Origin: the human T2T-CHM13v2.0 reference genome, Homo sapiens
Strand: one strand, 5' to 3'
Length of the DNA stretch: 64,000 nucleotides
Assembly: GCF_009914755.1 (NCBI RefSeq)
Contig: NC_060932.1
In this document: positions 25,803-42,738 of the stretch, one piece after another
Numbering within the stretch: position 1 is the first letter of the stretch
How the letters are laid out: each line of letters opens with the position of its first letter
The notes under the pieces: model-generated
The model's database searches: none
Told to the model about the DNA's origin: nothing
Seen by the model: the letters and a program-made list of their open reading frames with translations, nothing else
Translations under genes and position numbers: made by a program

Positions 25803-27865
25803 ATGAGGAAACTCATCTGGGACTCATTTTCCTTAAATTTTGGACTTGTACAGTAAGGACTTCAACAGACCTTCCTCAGACTGAGGACTGTTCCCAGTGT
25901 ATACATCAAGTTACTGAGGTAGGGCAAAAGGTTAAAACAGTCTTTCTGTTTTACAATTATGAATACATGGGAACTCTAAAAGGAATTTTTTTATATAATG
26001 ACACCCAGTATAAGGTATGCAGTCCAGAAGATGGACAACCTAGTGTTTGTTATAACCCATCTGAACCCCCCATGGCCACAGTATTTGAAATAAGGTGGAA
26101 GACTGGGAACTGGGGAAAAGCCAATATGAGTAAAGTAATAACTAGAAGAGAAGAAAAAGGAGTCCCTAAACAAATTATCTTAAAATTTGATGTTTGTGCA
26201 GCAATCAACAGTGACCCACATGGAAATAGAATAAGATGTGGCTCTCTAGATTGGGAAAGGAGATATATAGTAGAAAATAAGTTTGTTTGTCATGAATTAG
26301 GACTGTGTAGTGATGAATATAGTTACTGGTCCTGTATCATTTAGTCCACCTGAAAAGAAGATGAGAAGGACCCTGTCCACCTTTAAAAAGGAAAGAGTAA
26401 CTCTTCCTGCACTAGTGGTCACTGTAATGCATTAGAACTACTAATTACCAATCCCCTTGATCCCCATTGGAAAACAGGAGAGTATATAACTCTAGGAATC
26501 AGTGGAACTGGACTGAATCCCTGAGTAAATATTTCAGTCCAAGCGGAGGTCCAGATGCACTCTCCCAAAACAGTGTTTCAGACCTTTTGTGATAAGCTGA
26601 AATCTGCCATCACCAGAGCTTCCAAAAAGGAAAAAGAGATGAAGAACTTCTTTCTCCAGTTAGCAGAAAATGTAGCTCATTCCCTCAATGTTACTTCCTG
26701 TTATGTATGTGGGGGAACCACTGTAGGAGACTGATGGCCTTGGGAAGCCTGAGAATTGGTGCCTACTGATCCAGGTCCTGACATAATTCCAATCCAGAAG
26801 GCCCAAACTAGCAACTTCTGGGTCTTTAAAACCTTGATTATTGGACAATACTGCATAGCTAGAGAGGGAATGGACTTCACCATCCCTGTAGGAAGGCTCA
26901 ATTGCCTAGGACAAAAGTTGTATAAGAGCAGGACAGGGACAGTCATCTGGTGGGGTCTCAACCGCACTGAAAATAATCCATTCAATAAATTTCCCAAGTT
27001 ACAGACTGTTTGGGCCCATCCAGAATCTCACCGACACTGGACAGCTCCCACTGGACTATACTGGATATGTGGGCATAGAGCCTACACCAAATTACCTGAC
27101 CAATGGGTAGGTAGCTGTGTCATTGGCACCATTAAGCCATCCTTTTTCTTGTTGCCTGTGAACACAGGTGAGCTCCTACGTTTCCCTGTCTATGCCTCCC
27201 GAGAAAAGAGAAGCATAGCTATAGGAAATTGAAAAGATTATGAGTGGACCTCCAAAAGGATCATACAGTACTATAGGCCTGCCACATGGGCACAAGACAG
27301 CTCAGGGGATACCAAACCCCCATCTACATGCTCAACTGGATCATACGGTTAAGGCTGTCTTAGAAATAATCACTAGTGAAACTGGCAGAGCTTTGACTCA
27401 TTTGGCCCGGCAGGAAACCCAAATGAGAAATGCCATCGATCAGAAGAGACTGGCCTTAGACTATTTGCTAGCAGCTGAAGGACGAGTCTGTGAAAAATTC
27501 AACTTGACCAATTGCTGTCTGCAAATAGATGATCAAGGACAAGTAGTCAAATATATAGTTAGAGACATGACAAAGCTGGCACATGTGCCCATAAGGTTTG
27601 CCATAGGTTTGATCCTGGATCCCTGTTTGGAAAATGGTTTCCAGCTCTAGGAGGATTTAAAACTCCTATACTAGGAATAATAATAGTGTTAGGAACCTGC
27701 ATGTTACTCCCTTGTATATTACCCGTATTTCTGCAGTTACTAAAGAGTTTTTTTACTACCTTGTTTCCTCAAGAGACCTCAGCACAAGTGTATTACATGA
27801 ATCACTATCAATCTGTCTCACAGGAAGATCTAGATAGTGAGGATGACAGTGAGAACACCCACTAG
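25803..27865 (+). pseudogene. env: HERV-E env remnant
   Basis: MRKLI start; DCSQCIHQVTEVGQ; furin site [10 protein letters not shown]; [24 protein letters not shown]; many stops and frameshifts. Confidence 0.9.
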
Positions 27866-27890
27866 TGAGTGAGGTTCTCCAAGGGGGGAA

Positions 27891-28309
27891 TGAGGAGCGA
27901 GGCCATTTCTCTTACTGTCCCCTGTCTCCAAAGAGATGGAGGAAGTAAAAGCTGAAAAACAACAGACTAACTGGCACCACTGGCCAGGCCTGTAAGTTAG
28001 AGATTAACCCCCACCCTAACCACTTGTGCTATATATACATCGCAGACAATGGTATGGAGAAATATTTGCATTGCTTACCCCCACCGCTAACATATGTGGA
28101 CACAGTCACATACACCATGCTTGCTCAATCTATCATGACCCTGTCACATGGGCCCCTTAGGGTTGTAAGCCTTTAAAAGGACCAGGAACTCTTTCTTCAG
28201 GGAGCTCAGTTCTTGAGACACAAGTCTGCTGATGCTCCCAGCTGAATAAAGCCTCTTCCTTCTTTAACCCAGTGTCTGAGGGGTTTTGTCTGTGGCTTGT
28301 TCTACTACA
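27891..28309 (+). repeat. HERV-E 3' LTR, 419 bp
   Basis: PPT AAGGGGGGAA 27881-27890; homologous to 19675-20090. Confidence 0.92.
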
Positions 28310-28959
28310 ATACAATAAGTAAGATGGGAGCAGCTTTAACGGAAAAAAATTAAAAACATAGAACTAGTGAGTTTAGCTAAAGTAACTGTTAGAGGAAATT
28401 GTGGAAAATTGATGACATTTGGCTAAAGGATGCAGGAATGTCCACACCTGCATCTATAACAACCTTTCTTCTCATAAACATCTCATTCACTACAAAGAAC
28501 TACTAGAAAATGAGATCAATGAAACTCAAGGGAGAAAGTGTGATCAGGTTTGAGAAAGTTTCTAACATGGCATTTTCATTAGTAAAGCACTTGTAATTAT
28601 TATTGTTAAAAACTACAAGTTATGTAATTGTTTTCAGGAACAATATAATCTTATTTACCATATAAACAAAATTGACTGCTTTTCTGAAGCCCAGATCTAC
28701 CATCTGCCCATCCATTAATCCACCCTTTTATTCAATTAAAAATTATTTATTGATTTCCTTCTCTGTGCTTGGTCCTGTGCTAGATCTTCAGTATACAATA
28801 ATGAATAGAATTTCTACACAGTGAATTTATAATATGACCAGGGAAGCAAATCATAAACTGATAATTATAGAAATAAATGTTTAATAAATTAGACCTTTGG
28901 GAGTAGGTCTTAGAATGACTTGATGGGAGCTCAAAGCTTAGTCTTTTCTGTCTCCATAA

Positions 28960-29600
28960 AGAATCCATCCTCTGGATGAATTACCACTTCTATCATTAAT
29001 TTCATTATGTATAGTAATGTTCTTGCTTTAAAGTCTACTTTTTATACTATTGATCTGTTCCTGTTATCTTTCTGTGAGTGCTACAATCTGTATGTATTTT
29101 TAAATGAGTAATTTAGGGTGTATCTCCTATAAGTAGCATATAACTGAATATATTCTAAAATCAGTCTGGTAATCTAGTTTTTAATTGGAATATATATTCT
29201 ATTTAAATTTAATGTAATTACTTATGTATTTGGTTTTAATCATACCATCTTGATATTTGTTTTCTTTTTATTTCACCTATTGTATTCCCTTTCTTCTCCT
29301 TCTCACCTTTTTTTGAATCAATTAGTATTTTTCTAATCATTATTCAAATTTCACACTCTATTAGCTTGCAAATTGTACATTTTTTATTTTTCATTTGTTA
29401 TTCTAGAGATAATAAGATGAATCCATGGCTTGTTAAAGTCTGGTATAAATGGAAATGTTCACCACTTTCCAGGCAGTCCAAAGACCTAAGAACACAATTC
29501 CCTTTACTCTTCTTACCTTTTGTGTTATTTTGTATTTCACTTATATTCTGATTCAAAAAACTGATTTCATGGAATCAGTATTTCTGATTTTGTATGTGTA
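28960..29600 (-). mobile_element. Old L1 (L1M-type) fragment
   Basis: T-rich decayed L1-like text (TTTAAAGTCTACTTTTT, AGTCTGGTAATCT, ATTTAATGTAATTA). Confidence 0.45.
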
Positions 29601-29759
29601 TAAGAACATTATTTATTGACTGAACCACTCTGACCTGACTCAGTAGGTGAATCCGCTGGAGTCCAGTGCTCAGAAGTGTTCCTGAGAGCACTGACTCAAA
29701 CATTCCTTCCTCATGGCTTCTTCTTTTTCTGTGTTATAAACCATTCATTCATTCATTCA

Positions 29760-31920
<2,161 letters not shown>

Positions 31921-32249
31921 CCTATATATTGATTCTCATATTTTCTCTTCCAGTTTCTCTTCATTTTTCCTGATTTTCCATGTTTCCATCTGGGAGCATT
32001 TTCCTCCAGCCTAAATTACTTACTTTCATAGTTCTTTTAGTATAAATCTACGGGTAAAAAACATCCCCTGGTTTGGGTTTTGGTTGTTTGAAAACTCTTT
32101 TTTATTTTGTATTCATGAGGGATATTTTTACTGGGTATAGAATTCTATGTTGGCAGTTATTCTGCCACCCCCATTGTTTTTAATATTACTTTTCATTGCC
32201 TTCTGTCTTCCATTTTATTGTTTTATTTTTTCCTTTTGCTGCTTATGAG

Positions 32250-32400
32250 TTTTTTATTTTTATTTTTTTTATTTTTAGAGATGAGCTCTTGCTATATTGC
32301 CCAGGCTGGACTCGACTCTCAGCTTCTAGCCTCAAATGAGCCTCTCCTACCTCAGCCTCCTCAGTAGCTGGGACTGGCTCATGGCACCACGCCTAGCTGA
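32250..32400 (-). mobile_element. Alu monomer (FLAM-like) within old L1-like sequence
   Basis: Single arm TTGCCCAGGCTGG...CCTCAGCCTCC...GCACCACGCCTAGC. Confidence 0.7.
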
Positions 32401-35400
32401 GATTTTTTTCTTTTGTCTTTGGTCCCTAAAATTTCTACTATGATAGAGCTAAATGTTGCTTTCCTTGTAATTGATCTGCTTGGGAATATAGAGAGCTTTG
32501 TGTTTTATTGGTGTGATTTTTTAAAAATATCAGTTTCATAAATATCTTGGTCAATATACTATTTTTCTCCCTCCTTTTCTCTCCAATTACCTATATATCA
32601 TCCTTTTCACAGTATTCTATGTCTCTTATATCCTTGCTTTTTTCTCTGGTGCTTCTCTTGTTCTATTTACTCATTGTTTCTGCAGTTATGTCCAATATAT
32701 TTTAAATCCATCTATTAAGTTGTAAATTTTTTATTTTTTTCAGATCTAGAGATTTCATTTGACTTCTTATAGATTCCAGTTTCAGATGAAATTTTCCATC
32801 TTGTCTGTTATTATCTTGAACATATTATAAATAGTTATTTTATATTTTGTACTTGCTAACTATAATATCTGGATAATTGAATAATTTGTATTGGGTATTT
32901 TCTGACCTTGTTTGCAGTCATTTGATACCTTCTCCTAGCATACCTAATAATTTTTGACTGAATGCCAGACATCATTATAAAGAAGTATATAAATATTTTT
33001 AGGATCTGTCTCAGATTGCCATTCTTAAGAGAAGATTTACTTTTGTTTGGGGACAGGCAATTAGAGTTTAGGTCTGAGTTGTTTCTAGTTTGGATTTTAG
33101 AATTTTGTGACACTAGATCTAGTTTTGGTTGTCTTATTCCTAAAATATAGTCCTTCTTGGTCTAAACTCGTAGTCTGAAATGTTCACCAAGCACCCTCCA
33201 ACTTGTGAGTCCTGAAGTATATTTTTGTTACTCCATCCCCATGAGACTGCTAAAAGTTCTGCTAAGTTTCCTAACCTCTTATCCACTGATTTCCCCTTGG
33301 GTTCTCTTTTGTCCTGGATACTTGACAAATGCCTTGAGGGGAAAAACACTCATCTCAATAGTCTTCTCACTGGTGTCTCAAAACTTCAAGTCCTGGTTGC
33401 TGTAGGAACGTCACAAAGCCTTCAAACACAAGTTTTAAAAATTGTCCAGCTATTCTAGTTTTTGTCAAATGGAGAGTTGGTTTGTAACCAACTCTTCCAT
33501 TAGCAGAAGGAAAAAACCCATCATTACTTTACTTTCATTTTTCTAAATTTCCATATTTATTTAAGCTTCACTGACAGGTTAGAATCATATGCATTTTTAT
33601 CCTACCTTTTATTTTCCACTTTGTGTTATTTCCTTTAAGAGGAGTCAGAATTTCTATGGTGCTTTGTTTCATCAGGATTTATCATTCATTAATCTGTTGG
33701 AAACAATGTTTGTCAGTCTTTATTCAGCTCCTTCGTAGGCAGCTTTTTGATAATCACCATAGTGAAATATTTCCTTGAACTGAATAATAGTGCTGATTCT
33801 AGCTTTCACATGGATATCTCTTATGCAAAGTCATTTGATAGCTATTTCTGTTTCTCTTGACTCTAAGGTGCCTTTTGCCTGGACTACTGTAGCTATACTT
33901 TTGTTCCCACCCAAGCATATAATAGCAGAGGATGGAAGGCCATTTTTGACAAATACCTAATTTTACCTACTGGCAGGACAGTTTTCCATAGTGCAGCTGA
34001 AACAACTGAAAAACAAATAAATTGCCCAATAGGAAAAATAAAAAATGAATTTTAGCCATTTCTGTGGTGTTTGCCTCTCTAGATCCTCCAGAGAGTTTCT
34101 CTGGTGACTTGAAAAGAGATGAAATGAATCCTAGATATTGCTGGTGTTCTGTGAGACAAGAAAGTGGTTACAAGATACTCCTTGTTCTAAGAATAGCATT
34201 CAGGAAAGAGACTGTATTCTGTGTAGTTTGACCAACCCAGCTTGACAGCACATTACATAGTGTCTTTGACAGCACCAAGGATTGGAAAATGGAATTGCAA
34301 GCATTAGGCATCGAGTTATGTTTTAACATTTAGTTATAAAGGCCATGTCATGCCCTCAGAGATGCAGCAGGAGTATTAGGCCTGACATTTTGAATTTCAA
34401 ATGCAAATTGGAAAGTCCAATCCAAACTAGGAAAGGACAATTCATGTCGATTGACCAAGTTCAGTATTCAGAAATGTCTCATGGGTTAGGCCTATCAAAT
34501 CTCCCACAGGTTCTTGTTTTACTATAGAGTAAACTGTCACCCACAAAAATGAAGAAAAAATTCAATTAATTCATCTGAGCAATATCTGAAGAGTGCTACT
34601 TGAATATCTTATTTGCCAGAGGTTACTGATGAGATCTATCCACATGACACAAGCAAATTATGCTACACTAATACAGTTTGCTTCACAATGAAATTATTTC
34701 ACAGATGTTTTCTTTTCCTTGCTTAAATTAATGATATTCAAAACCTTCCAGTAATGCTACCCATCTTAAATAGATTTATTTTTTTCAAAGCCCCTAACCT
34801 GTTATCACTATGTTTCACAGTAGTTAAGTAATTTGCCCAAAATCATATTTTGAGGAAGTAATAAAGTTGAGGCTAGTGCTTGGTTGTCTGGTTTCCATTT
34901 TATTGCTTTTGCCCCTACTTCAGCACACTGTACAATTGCACACCATGTACAAAATAGTTATAATGAAAAATGGAGAAAATACATAGTTTAGTTGAAACAT
35001 GAGTCCATTCTTTTCTGTTTAATAAGACAAGTGTGTGGATAGGAAGTAAGGATTGGCCAATAGAAGCATGGCTTTACCAGGAGACCAAAGCCCCTAGAAA
35101 CTTGCTATGTCCTTAGTGATCTCTCTAAGGCTCCAAATTGATAAAGTTCCTTTTCTATTTAAAACCCTTTAATGGCTCCTCATTGCCTAGGATAAAGTCC
35201 AACTTCTGTTGCACAGCTCACAACTGCTTGCCCACCTCTTTTCTCTTTTTATGGTTCATTGAATGTTTCATGCCTTCTTCATCACTGGATCTGCAACTTT
35301 GCTGTCCCCCTCTACCTATAAAACTCTCCTTCCTTCTTGCCCTTTGCCCAAATTCCTTCTCATTCATATGGATTCAGCTGTTGCTACACCCTCTAAGAAG

Positions 35401-35404
35401 TAGT

Positions 35405-35483
35405 TTGTTTGAGAGACCGAGGTGGGAGGATCACTTGAGTCCAGGAGTTAGAAACCACCCTGGGCAACATAGCAAGGTACTAC

Positions 35484-35514
<31 letters not shown>

Positions 35515-35587
35515 CACACACATATATATGTATATATATATACATATATATGTAGAGTGTGTGTGTGTGTGTGCATGTGTGTGTGTC
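35405..35587 (+). repeat. Alu left-arm fragment followed by (TA)n/(TG)n microsatellite
   Basis: GAGGTGGGAGGATCACTTGAGTCCAGGAGTT then TATA.../TGTG... Confidence 0.8.
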
Positions 35588-35976
35588 ACAGATCTAAATT
35601 AGATTCATCTCCTGTGTTTTCAGGTACCCAGTACTTGTCTTATCACAGACATCAAAATAGGCATTGTAGTTATCTATTTGTTGATTTTAATTATCCATTA
35701 TTCTCTATGGACTATGTGTGTAGAATCTCTGTCTATCTCATTCTTCATTTTATTCTGCATTTAGCACCCTACTTTGCATATAAGAGCACTCTATGTATCT
35801 AAAGAATGAAGGAATAAGAACATTCTAACACTTTGAGAAAGGCTTTCAATTGGCAAAGATCTTCACAGGGACAAATGCCACTTTGATTTATGATTTATAA
35901 GGTACCAGCTATATTCTATATATTATCTCTCACTCAGTGCTATTTTTATGGAAAAACTTTTAAAAAACAAACTCTT

Positions 35977-36333
35977 GTGATGGATTGGCTTAGCATTCAC
36001 CAATATTTAATGCTCCTCCCTGAGGGTATATATTCTCTCCTGTTGAAGTCAGATACGGTCATGGGGCTCCCTTTACCAATGAAATGAAAGCAGAAATGAC
36101 AAGTGTGACTTCCACATAGTAGATCCATAAACTAGCTCACGGTGGTTTGCCATGTAACTGATGATTGATGGGTTTCAAGAAGGCCTTTTGTTGGCCTCAG
36201 ACACTGTCAAACAGAGCCCCAACTAATGTGGGCTGGGCATGTAGCATAAGAGATAAATAGAAGTTTTTGTGACTATAAAACATTGAGATTTTCTTGTGTG
36301 TGTTATCACAGCATACTCTAGTTCTGACTAACA
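35977..36333 (+). mobile_element. MaLR LTR (MLT1H/I/J-like)
   Basis: CCAATGAAATGAAAGCAGAAATGAC...TTATCACAGCATA...CTGACTAACA. Confidence 0.6.
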
Positions 36334-37274
36334 GAGATCCGTGCAACCTAGTTTAAGGTAAGGGGAGTGTCATGAAAATATTCAACAAGGAATCTTAGGC
36401 ACATCCTAGATTAGAATAAGGAACAGTTAGGCTTCCCTAGAACAGGAAGCTAAACAATCAGAAACCAGGGCTATTTTATTAATATCCTAGGAGCTGCATA
36501 GCCTCTCACATCTCTGCATCTCTCTGCTTACTCATGACTTTTTCTTTCTCCCTCAATAAATGTTATATACTGAGTCATCATACCCATGGCCCAGTGGGGA
36601 TGATCCCAGCCTTGGTTTGATCTTCCAGCTCAGAACCTTACCAACTACCACCTCTCTCTGGTCTCTTGATTTACATTATTGGGAGAAATAGTAATAATTC
36701 TAGGGCCTCTTTTGAACTAGGTCACAAACTACATGTCACTGGCTAGTCAGTGTTGGTTACTGGTTTACAGTTTGCCAAATCAGTTGTGCCTCTGTGGGAG
36801 TGTGCTGAGGAGAGTGGTAGTAGTTTAGTAACAAGACATGTGGTATAAAACTTAGCTGTTTGGGACAGCAAAGACTATGTGATAGGATCCAGTGTCTTAA
36901 AAAGGTTTATAGACAGAACACATATCTTAAAATGTGTTGATTTGCCACACTGGTTTTATGAAAGAAGTATTATTAGTAGTATTATATCATCATCATTATT
37001 ACCAAATTAAATTTGTGAAACCAAAATCAGCAAAATAACTTGGCTGAAATTACATGCTAATAAGTGTAAGATAGAGTGAATTTAAAATTTAAGCCTTGGT
37101 ATGTTTAGCTGACTCCATATTTCATGCTCTGCAATATACTAAGTCATCTCAGAGATTTGAACTGTCCCCATCAGCAAAGAAAGTAGGAATAACTTCATAG
37201 TGAAAATAAAATAAAAATTATTTGAAGATGTCACAGACAAGCTGTTTATTGTGAAGGGAGTAGTTTCTCCATCC

Positions 37275-38230
37275 CCATGTTTACTATGGCACTCTTCACA
37301 GTAGCTAAGATACAGATGCAGCTTTAGTGTCCAACAGCAAATGAATGCATAAGGAAAATGTGGTATATATAAATAATAGAATACTATTCAGCCATGAAAA
37401 AGAATAAAATCTTGTCATTCAAGGCAACATGTATGGAACTGGAAGACATTATGTTAAGTGAAATAATCCAGGAACAGAAAGTTAACCACCATATGTTCTC
37501 AGTTATATGTGGAAGCAAGCTAAAAAGAAAAAAAAAAGTTGATCTCAGAAGTAAAAAGTAGGACAGAGAATGCTAGAGGCTGGGAAGGGTAGGGTGAAGG
37601 GAGAGACAGAGATTTGTTAAAGGCTACAAAATTACAGCTAGATAGGAGGAAAATGTTCTAGTGATGTAGAGTAGCAGTCCTCAACCTTTTTGGCACCAGG
37701 GGCTGGTTAGGGAAAGACAATTTTTCCACGGTGGGGAAAGGGGTATGGTTTTGTGATAAAACTGTTCTATCTCAGATCATCAAGCAATAGTTAGATTCTC
37801 AGAAGACGTGTACAGCCTAGATCCCTTGCATGCACAGTTCACAATAGGGTTTGTGTTCCTGTGAGAATCTAATGCCCCCCTGTGATCTGACAGGAGGGAG
37901 AACTCAGATGATAATGCTCGCTTGTCCCCTGCTCACCTGCTGTGCAGCCTGGTTCCTAAAAGGCACTACCGGTCTGTGGCCCAGGGGCTGGAGACCCCTG
38001 TTATATAGCACTATAGGATGACTATCGTTAAAAATAATATATGATATGTAGTTTCAATAGCTAGAAGATGGAGAATTGTGAATGTTTCCAACACAAATAA
38101 ATAAATGTATGAGATGATGGATATGTCAATTTCCCTGATCTGATCACTATACATTGTATATATTTAAACATCATTGTGCACCCCATGAATAGGTGCAATG
38201 ATTATTTGTCAATTTAAAAATTAAAAAAGA
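37275..38230 (+). mobile_element. L1MA 3' end, interrupted by MER1
   Basis: GAATACTATTCAGCCATGAAAAAGAA, GGAACTGGAAGACATTATGTTAAGTGAAATAA, L1MA 3'UTR and A tail. Confidence 0.85.
37672..38000 (+). mobile_element. MER1B-like hAT-Charlie non-autonomous DNA transposon
   Basis: AGCAGTCCTCAACCTTTTTGGCACCAGGG ... GGAGACCCCTG termini; CACAGTTCACAATAGGGTT core. Confidence 0.85.
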
Positions 38231-38539
38231 GAAGTGGGATGGTTGGTGCATTCTGAAAGGGAAGAAGGGTTTCAGAGTCCCAAAAACATTTCCTTCCAAT
38301 CCATTTTTTCCAAATTTTTTTGTGAACAAAATTTTGAATGTACAGAATTTTAGATTATAAGCCATATATTCAGCGCCTAGATTCTAAAATTTATATTTTG
38401 CTATATTTGCCTTAATATCTACATATTCATCTATCAATCCATCTTATTTTTGATGCATTTATAAGTGAGTTGTATGTATTGCTGTGTTTTCTTTTCAGCA
38501 TGTCCTTTCCTTTCAGTATGAACTACAGTTTCATATTTG

Positions 38540-40170
38540 TTTTATTTAGAAAAAATATATATAAAGTGAAATGCACAAATTTAAGTGTCCTGTTTGATAA
38601 GTTTTCACTAATGCATAAACCTCCATAGCCCAGCCCCTTCACAAGAACATTACCATCACACAGAAAATTTCCACCTTCTCTTTCCCAGGCTGTCCTCACT
38701 CTCAACATCCCCTCCAGCCAACTGCTGTTCTGATTTTCCCTCCAGAAACTGACTTCACCAATTCTAGAACTTCATACAAATGGATCACACGGTATGTATT
38801 CTGATCTGCAGGCTTTTTACACTTTCGTGTTTTTGAAATGCAGCCATGTCGGTGTTTGTATCAATGGTTTCTTTTTACTGAGCAAGCTTATAAGCACTAA
38901 ATAAGATAAATGCCTTCATTTTATGCTTCTTCTATGTATCAGTGATGCAATCTTGAAAAATAACTAGCTTGAATGTGTAGGTATTTTATGTGGAGTATGG
39001 GGAGAACGTGATGTGGAGTGGGTATCTGGTCTACGTGCAGAGTTGTCACATTCCACTGTATCAATATACCACAGTTTATCCATTCTTCTATTCATCGACA
39101 ACTGGGCTTTCCCATTGTCCGTTACTATAAATTAACCTCTTATCAACATTCTTCTTCAACTGTTTTTGTGAATATATGTTTTCATTTTTCTTGAGTAAAT
39201 ACCTAGGAGTGAAATGATTGAGTCATTGGGTGGGTGGATGTTTAATTTTATAAGAAATTGCCAGACCTTTTCCCAAAGTGATTGTGTTGCCATTTCAAAC
39301 TCTCACCAATGATATATAAAAGTTGTTTCTTTCTGCATCTTTACTAACATTTGATGTTTTCAGTCTCTTTAATTTTAGCTTTCTTGGTGGGTGTGTAGTG
39401 CTGTCTCATTGTGGTTTCAATCTGCATTTCTCTGATGACTAACGATGATGAGGACTTTTTTCATGTGCTTCTTGGCCACTTGCATAGCGTCCTTTGTCAA
39501 GTATTTATTCAAATATTTTGCCCATTTTTAAATATGTGGTTTGTGTTTTGGTTATTGAATTGTAGGAGTTCTTTATGTGTCCTGGATATTGAATATTTGT
39601 CAGATATATATTTTGTGACTATCTTCTCCCAGTCTGTGGGGGTACTTATTCATTTTCTAAATTATGTCTGTCAGTAAAAGATTTTACATTTTAGTAAACT
39701 CTTATTTGTTATTTTTTTTCTTTTATGGTCATTGCTTTCTGTGTTCTAAGAAACCTTTGATTTCTTCAAGTTGTAAAGATATTCACCTATATTTTCTTCA
39801 AGAAGCTTTACAGTTTTAGCTTTTATGTTTAGGTCTGGGATCTATCTCAAATTGGTTATAGTGGATGGTGTGAATAGTGAGTCACTTTTTTCCATGTGAC
39901 TATCCAGTTTTTGCAGCATCGTTTGTTGAAAAGGCTTTCCTTTATCTGTTAGATTGCTTTGGCTCCTCTGTGAAAAATCAATAGTCCTTCATAGATGGGT
40001 CTGTTGCTGAGCTGTGTTCTCTTCCACTGATTTATCTGTTGATTCTTAAGCCACCGTTATACCATCTTGACTACTGTAGTTTCATAATAAGTCTTCAAGC
40101 CAAGTGGTTTGAGTCCTGTGTTTTTGTTTTGTTATTCAAGATTGATTGAGATATTATAAATCCCATTTCA
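38540..40170 (-). mobile_element. Old L1 (L1MC/ME-like) 3' region
   Basis: ATTGTGGTTTCAATCTGCATTTCTCTGATGACTAA, GAGTAAATACCTAGGAGTG. Confidence 0.75.
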
Positions 40171-40175
40171 TCCTT

Positions 40176-40967
<792 letters not shown>

Positions 40968-41242
40968 ATCTCCCTTCCCTCTCTTAACTATATGATACAT
41001 TGACAAGTAGCATGTAAAGTACTACTTAGATAGACAGACTTCAGTAAAATAAATTCTTATTAGAAGACATTGTTTATAGTGGAATACATGCAAACTTTGA
41101 TGTCAGACCAGTAGTTTTCAATTATGCCTAGGCATTAGTCTCCTAGGCAACAATTAACAAATCTCTGTGCCTGGTGCCCATCTTTAAAGACTAAATAGTT
41201 TAGTGGGGTCTGGCACAAACATTTTCTTTAAAGCACTCAAGG

Positions 41243-41402
41243 CCTTTGCTCCTCAAAGTATGTCCTGTGACCACCAGCAGCACTGGCATCATCGGTGACT
41301 TTGTTAGAAATGCAGAATTTGGGGCCCTACCCTAGAGCATAAATCTGCATTTCACCAAGATTCTCAGTGAAATGTGTATACAGGAAATATTAACAAACCC
41401 TG
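41243..41402. mobile_element. MER5A-like hAT MITE
   Basis: CTCAAAGT...CAGCA...TTGTTAGAAATGCAGAATT...AATCTGCATTTCACCAAGAT. Confidence 0.65.
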
Positions 41403-42290
41403 ATATGGGTGACTCCAATGAGCAGCAAGGGTTGAGAAGCACTAATTTAGATAAGTAGTTTCATTTTATATCTCTTCCACTTATCAAGAGGATGCTCCTG
41501 ACCAATAACTTATTTAAATCTTAGAATTTTAATCTGTGGTATAGAAAGAGCAATACCTACTTTGCAGCGTTGTTATAAGGGCCAGATGTGATAATTAATG
41601 GAGCGGGACCCTGGCATAGATACCTATTTCCATAAGCAAATGCATGTCGATATGGGCACACAAGCAGTGACGTCCAAATTAATAGCTCCCTAAACTAAGC
41701 TGCCCTAGGGTTCTCTTATGTTATCACCCAATTCTGTAGAGAATGCAAAGAAAATAATCTGTTACAGTCTAGAGACCATAGATGGAGCAGAGTTTGAGGT
41801 AGGTTAGATGAGGCTGAATTAAGACCTAGACCACCATAAGTCTGAATCTGAGTTGCATGCAGAGGAAGAAAATAAAGTTTTGAGTCAGTCTTGAGGCTAA
41901 AGAGAACGGAGAAAAGCACATTTCTTTGTTATTTACAGTTTAGATTTACTGAGCTGGAAAAGAACAATAAGGTAGGACCATTGATTCAGAGATGCCAGGA
42001 ATTCGTAGAAAGAATAAAAGGTGACCAAGTGATTTGGCCATAGGATTTACTGGAAATCAGCAAACATTGATTGGACAAATAGTAACTATCACCCTGAGCA
42101 CAAGTTCTTTGCTAATAAACTATGGTAGAGAGGAAATAAGATGCAAAAAGAGTGGGCCAAAGGTAGCATGTTTGAGTTTGTGAGAGAAATGGAAGGAAAC
42201 AAATAGATCACAAATTCCAAAAACTCAAAGTTTAAAGAAGAGAAAGATACGTTGCTCAGCAGCAAAATTCAGAAGGAAAACAAAACTACC

Positions 42291-42738
42291 TGTATTAGTC
42301 ATGGTTTTCTAGAGGGACAGAACTAATAGGATAGATGTATATATAAAGGGCAGTGTATTAAGGAGTTTTTACTCACACAATCACAAGGTCCAACAATAAG
42401 CTGTCTGCAAGCTGAGGAGCAAGGAAGCCAGTCTGAGTCCCAAAGCTGAAGAACTTGAAGTCCAATATTTGAGGGCAGGAAGCATCCAGCATGGGAGAAT
42501 GATGTAGGCTGGGAGGCTAAGCCAGTCTAGTGTTTCCAAGTTCTTCTGCCTGCTTTTATTCTGGCCATGCTGGCAGCTGATTTGAATCATGCCCTCCCAG
42601 AATAAGGGTGAGTCTGCCTTCTCCAGTCCACTGACTCAAATGTTAATCTCCTTTTGCAACACCCTCACAGACACAACCAAGAACAATAGTTTGCATCCTT
42701 TAACCCAATCTAGTTGACACTCAGTATTAACCTTCACA
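42291..42738 (-). mobile_element. MLT2A-like solo LTR (ERVL)
   Basis: TGTATTAGTC...GTTGACACTCAGTATTAACCTTCACA; 5-bp TSD CTACC on both sides. Confidence 0.9.

Larger units (their letters stand above)
19675..28309 (+). mobile_element. HERV-E group provirus (LTR2-family LTRs), near full length, defective
   Basis: Two LTRs TGAGGAG...CTACA; TSD ATAC (19671-19674, 28310-28313); tRNA-Glu PBS; gag-pro-pol-env in order. Confidence 0.93.
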
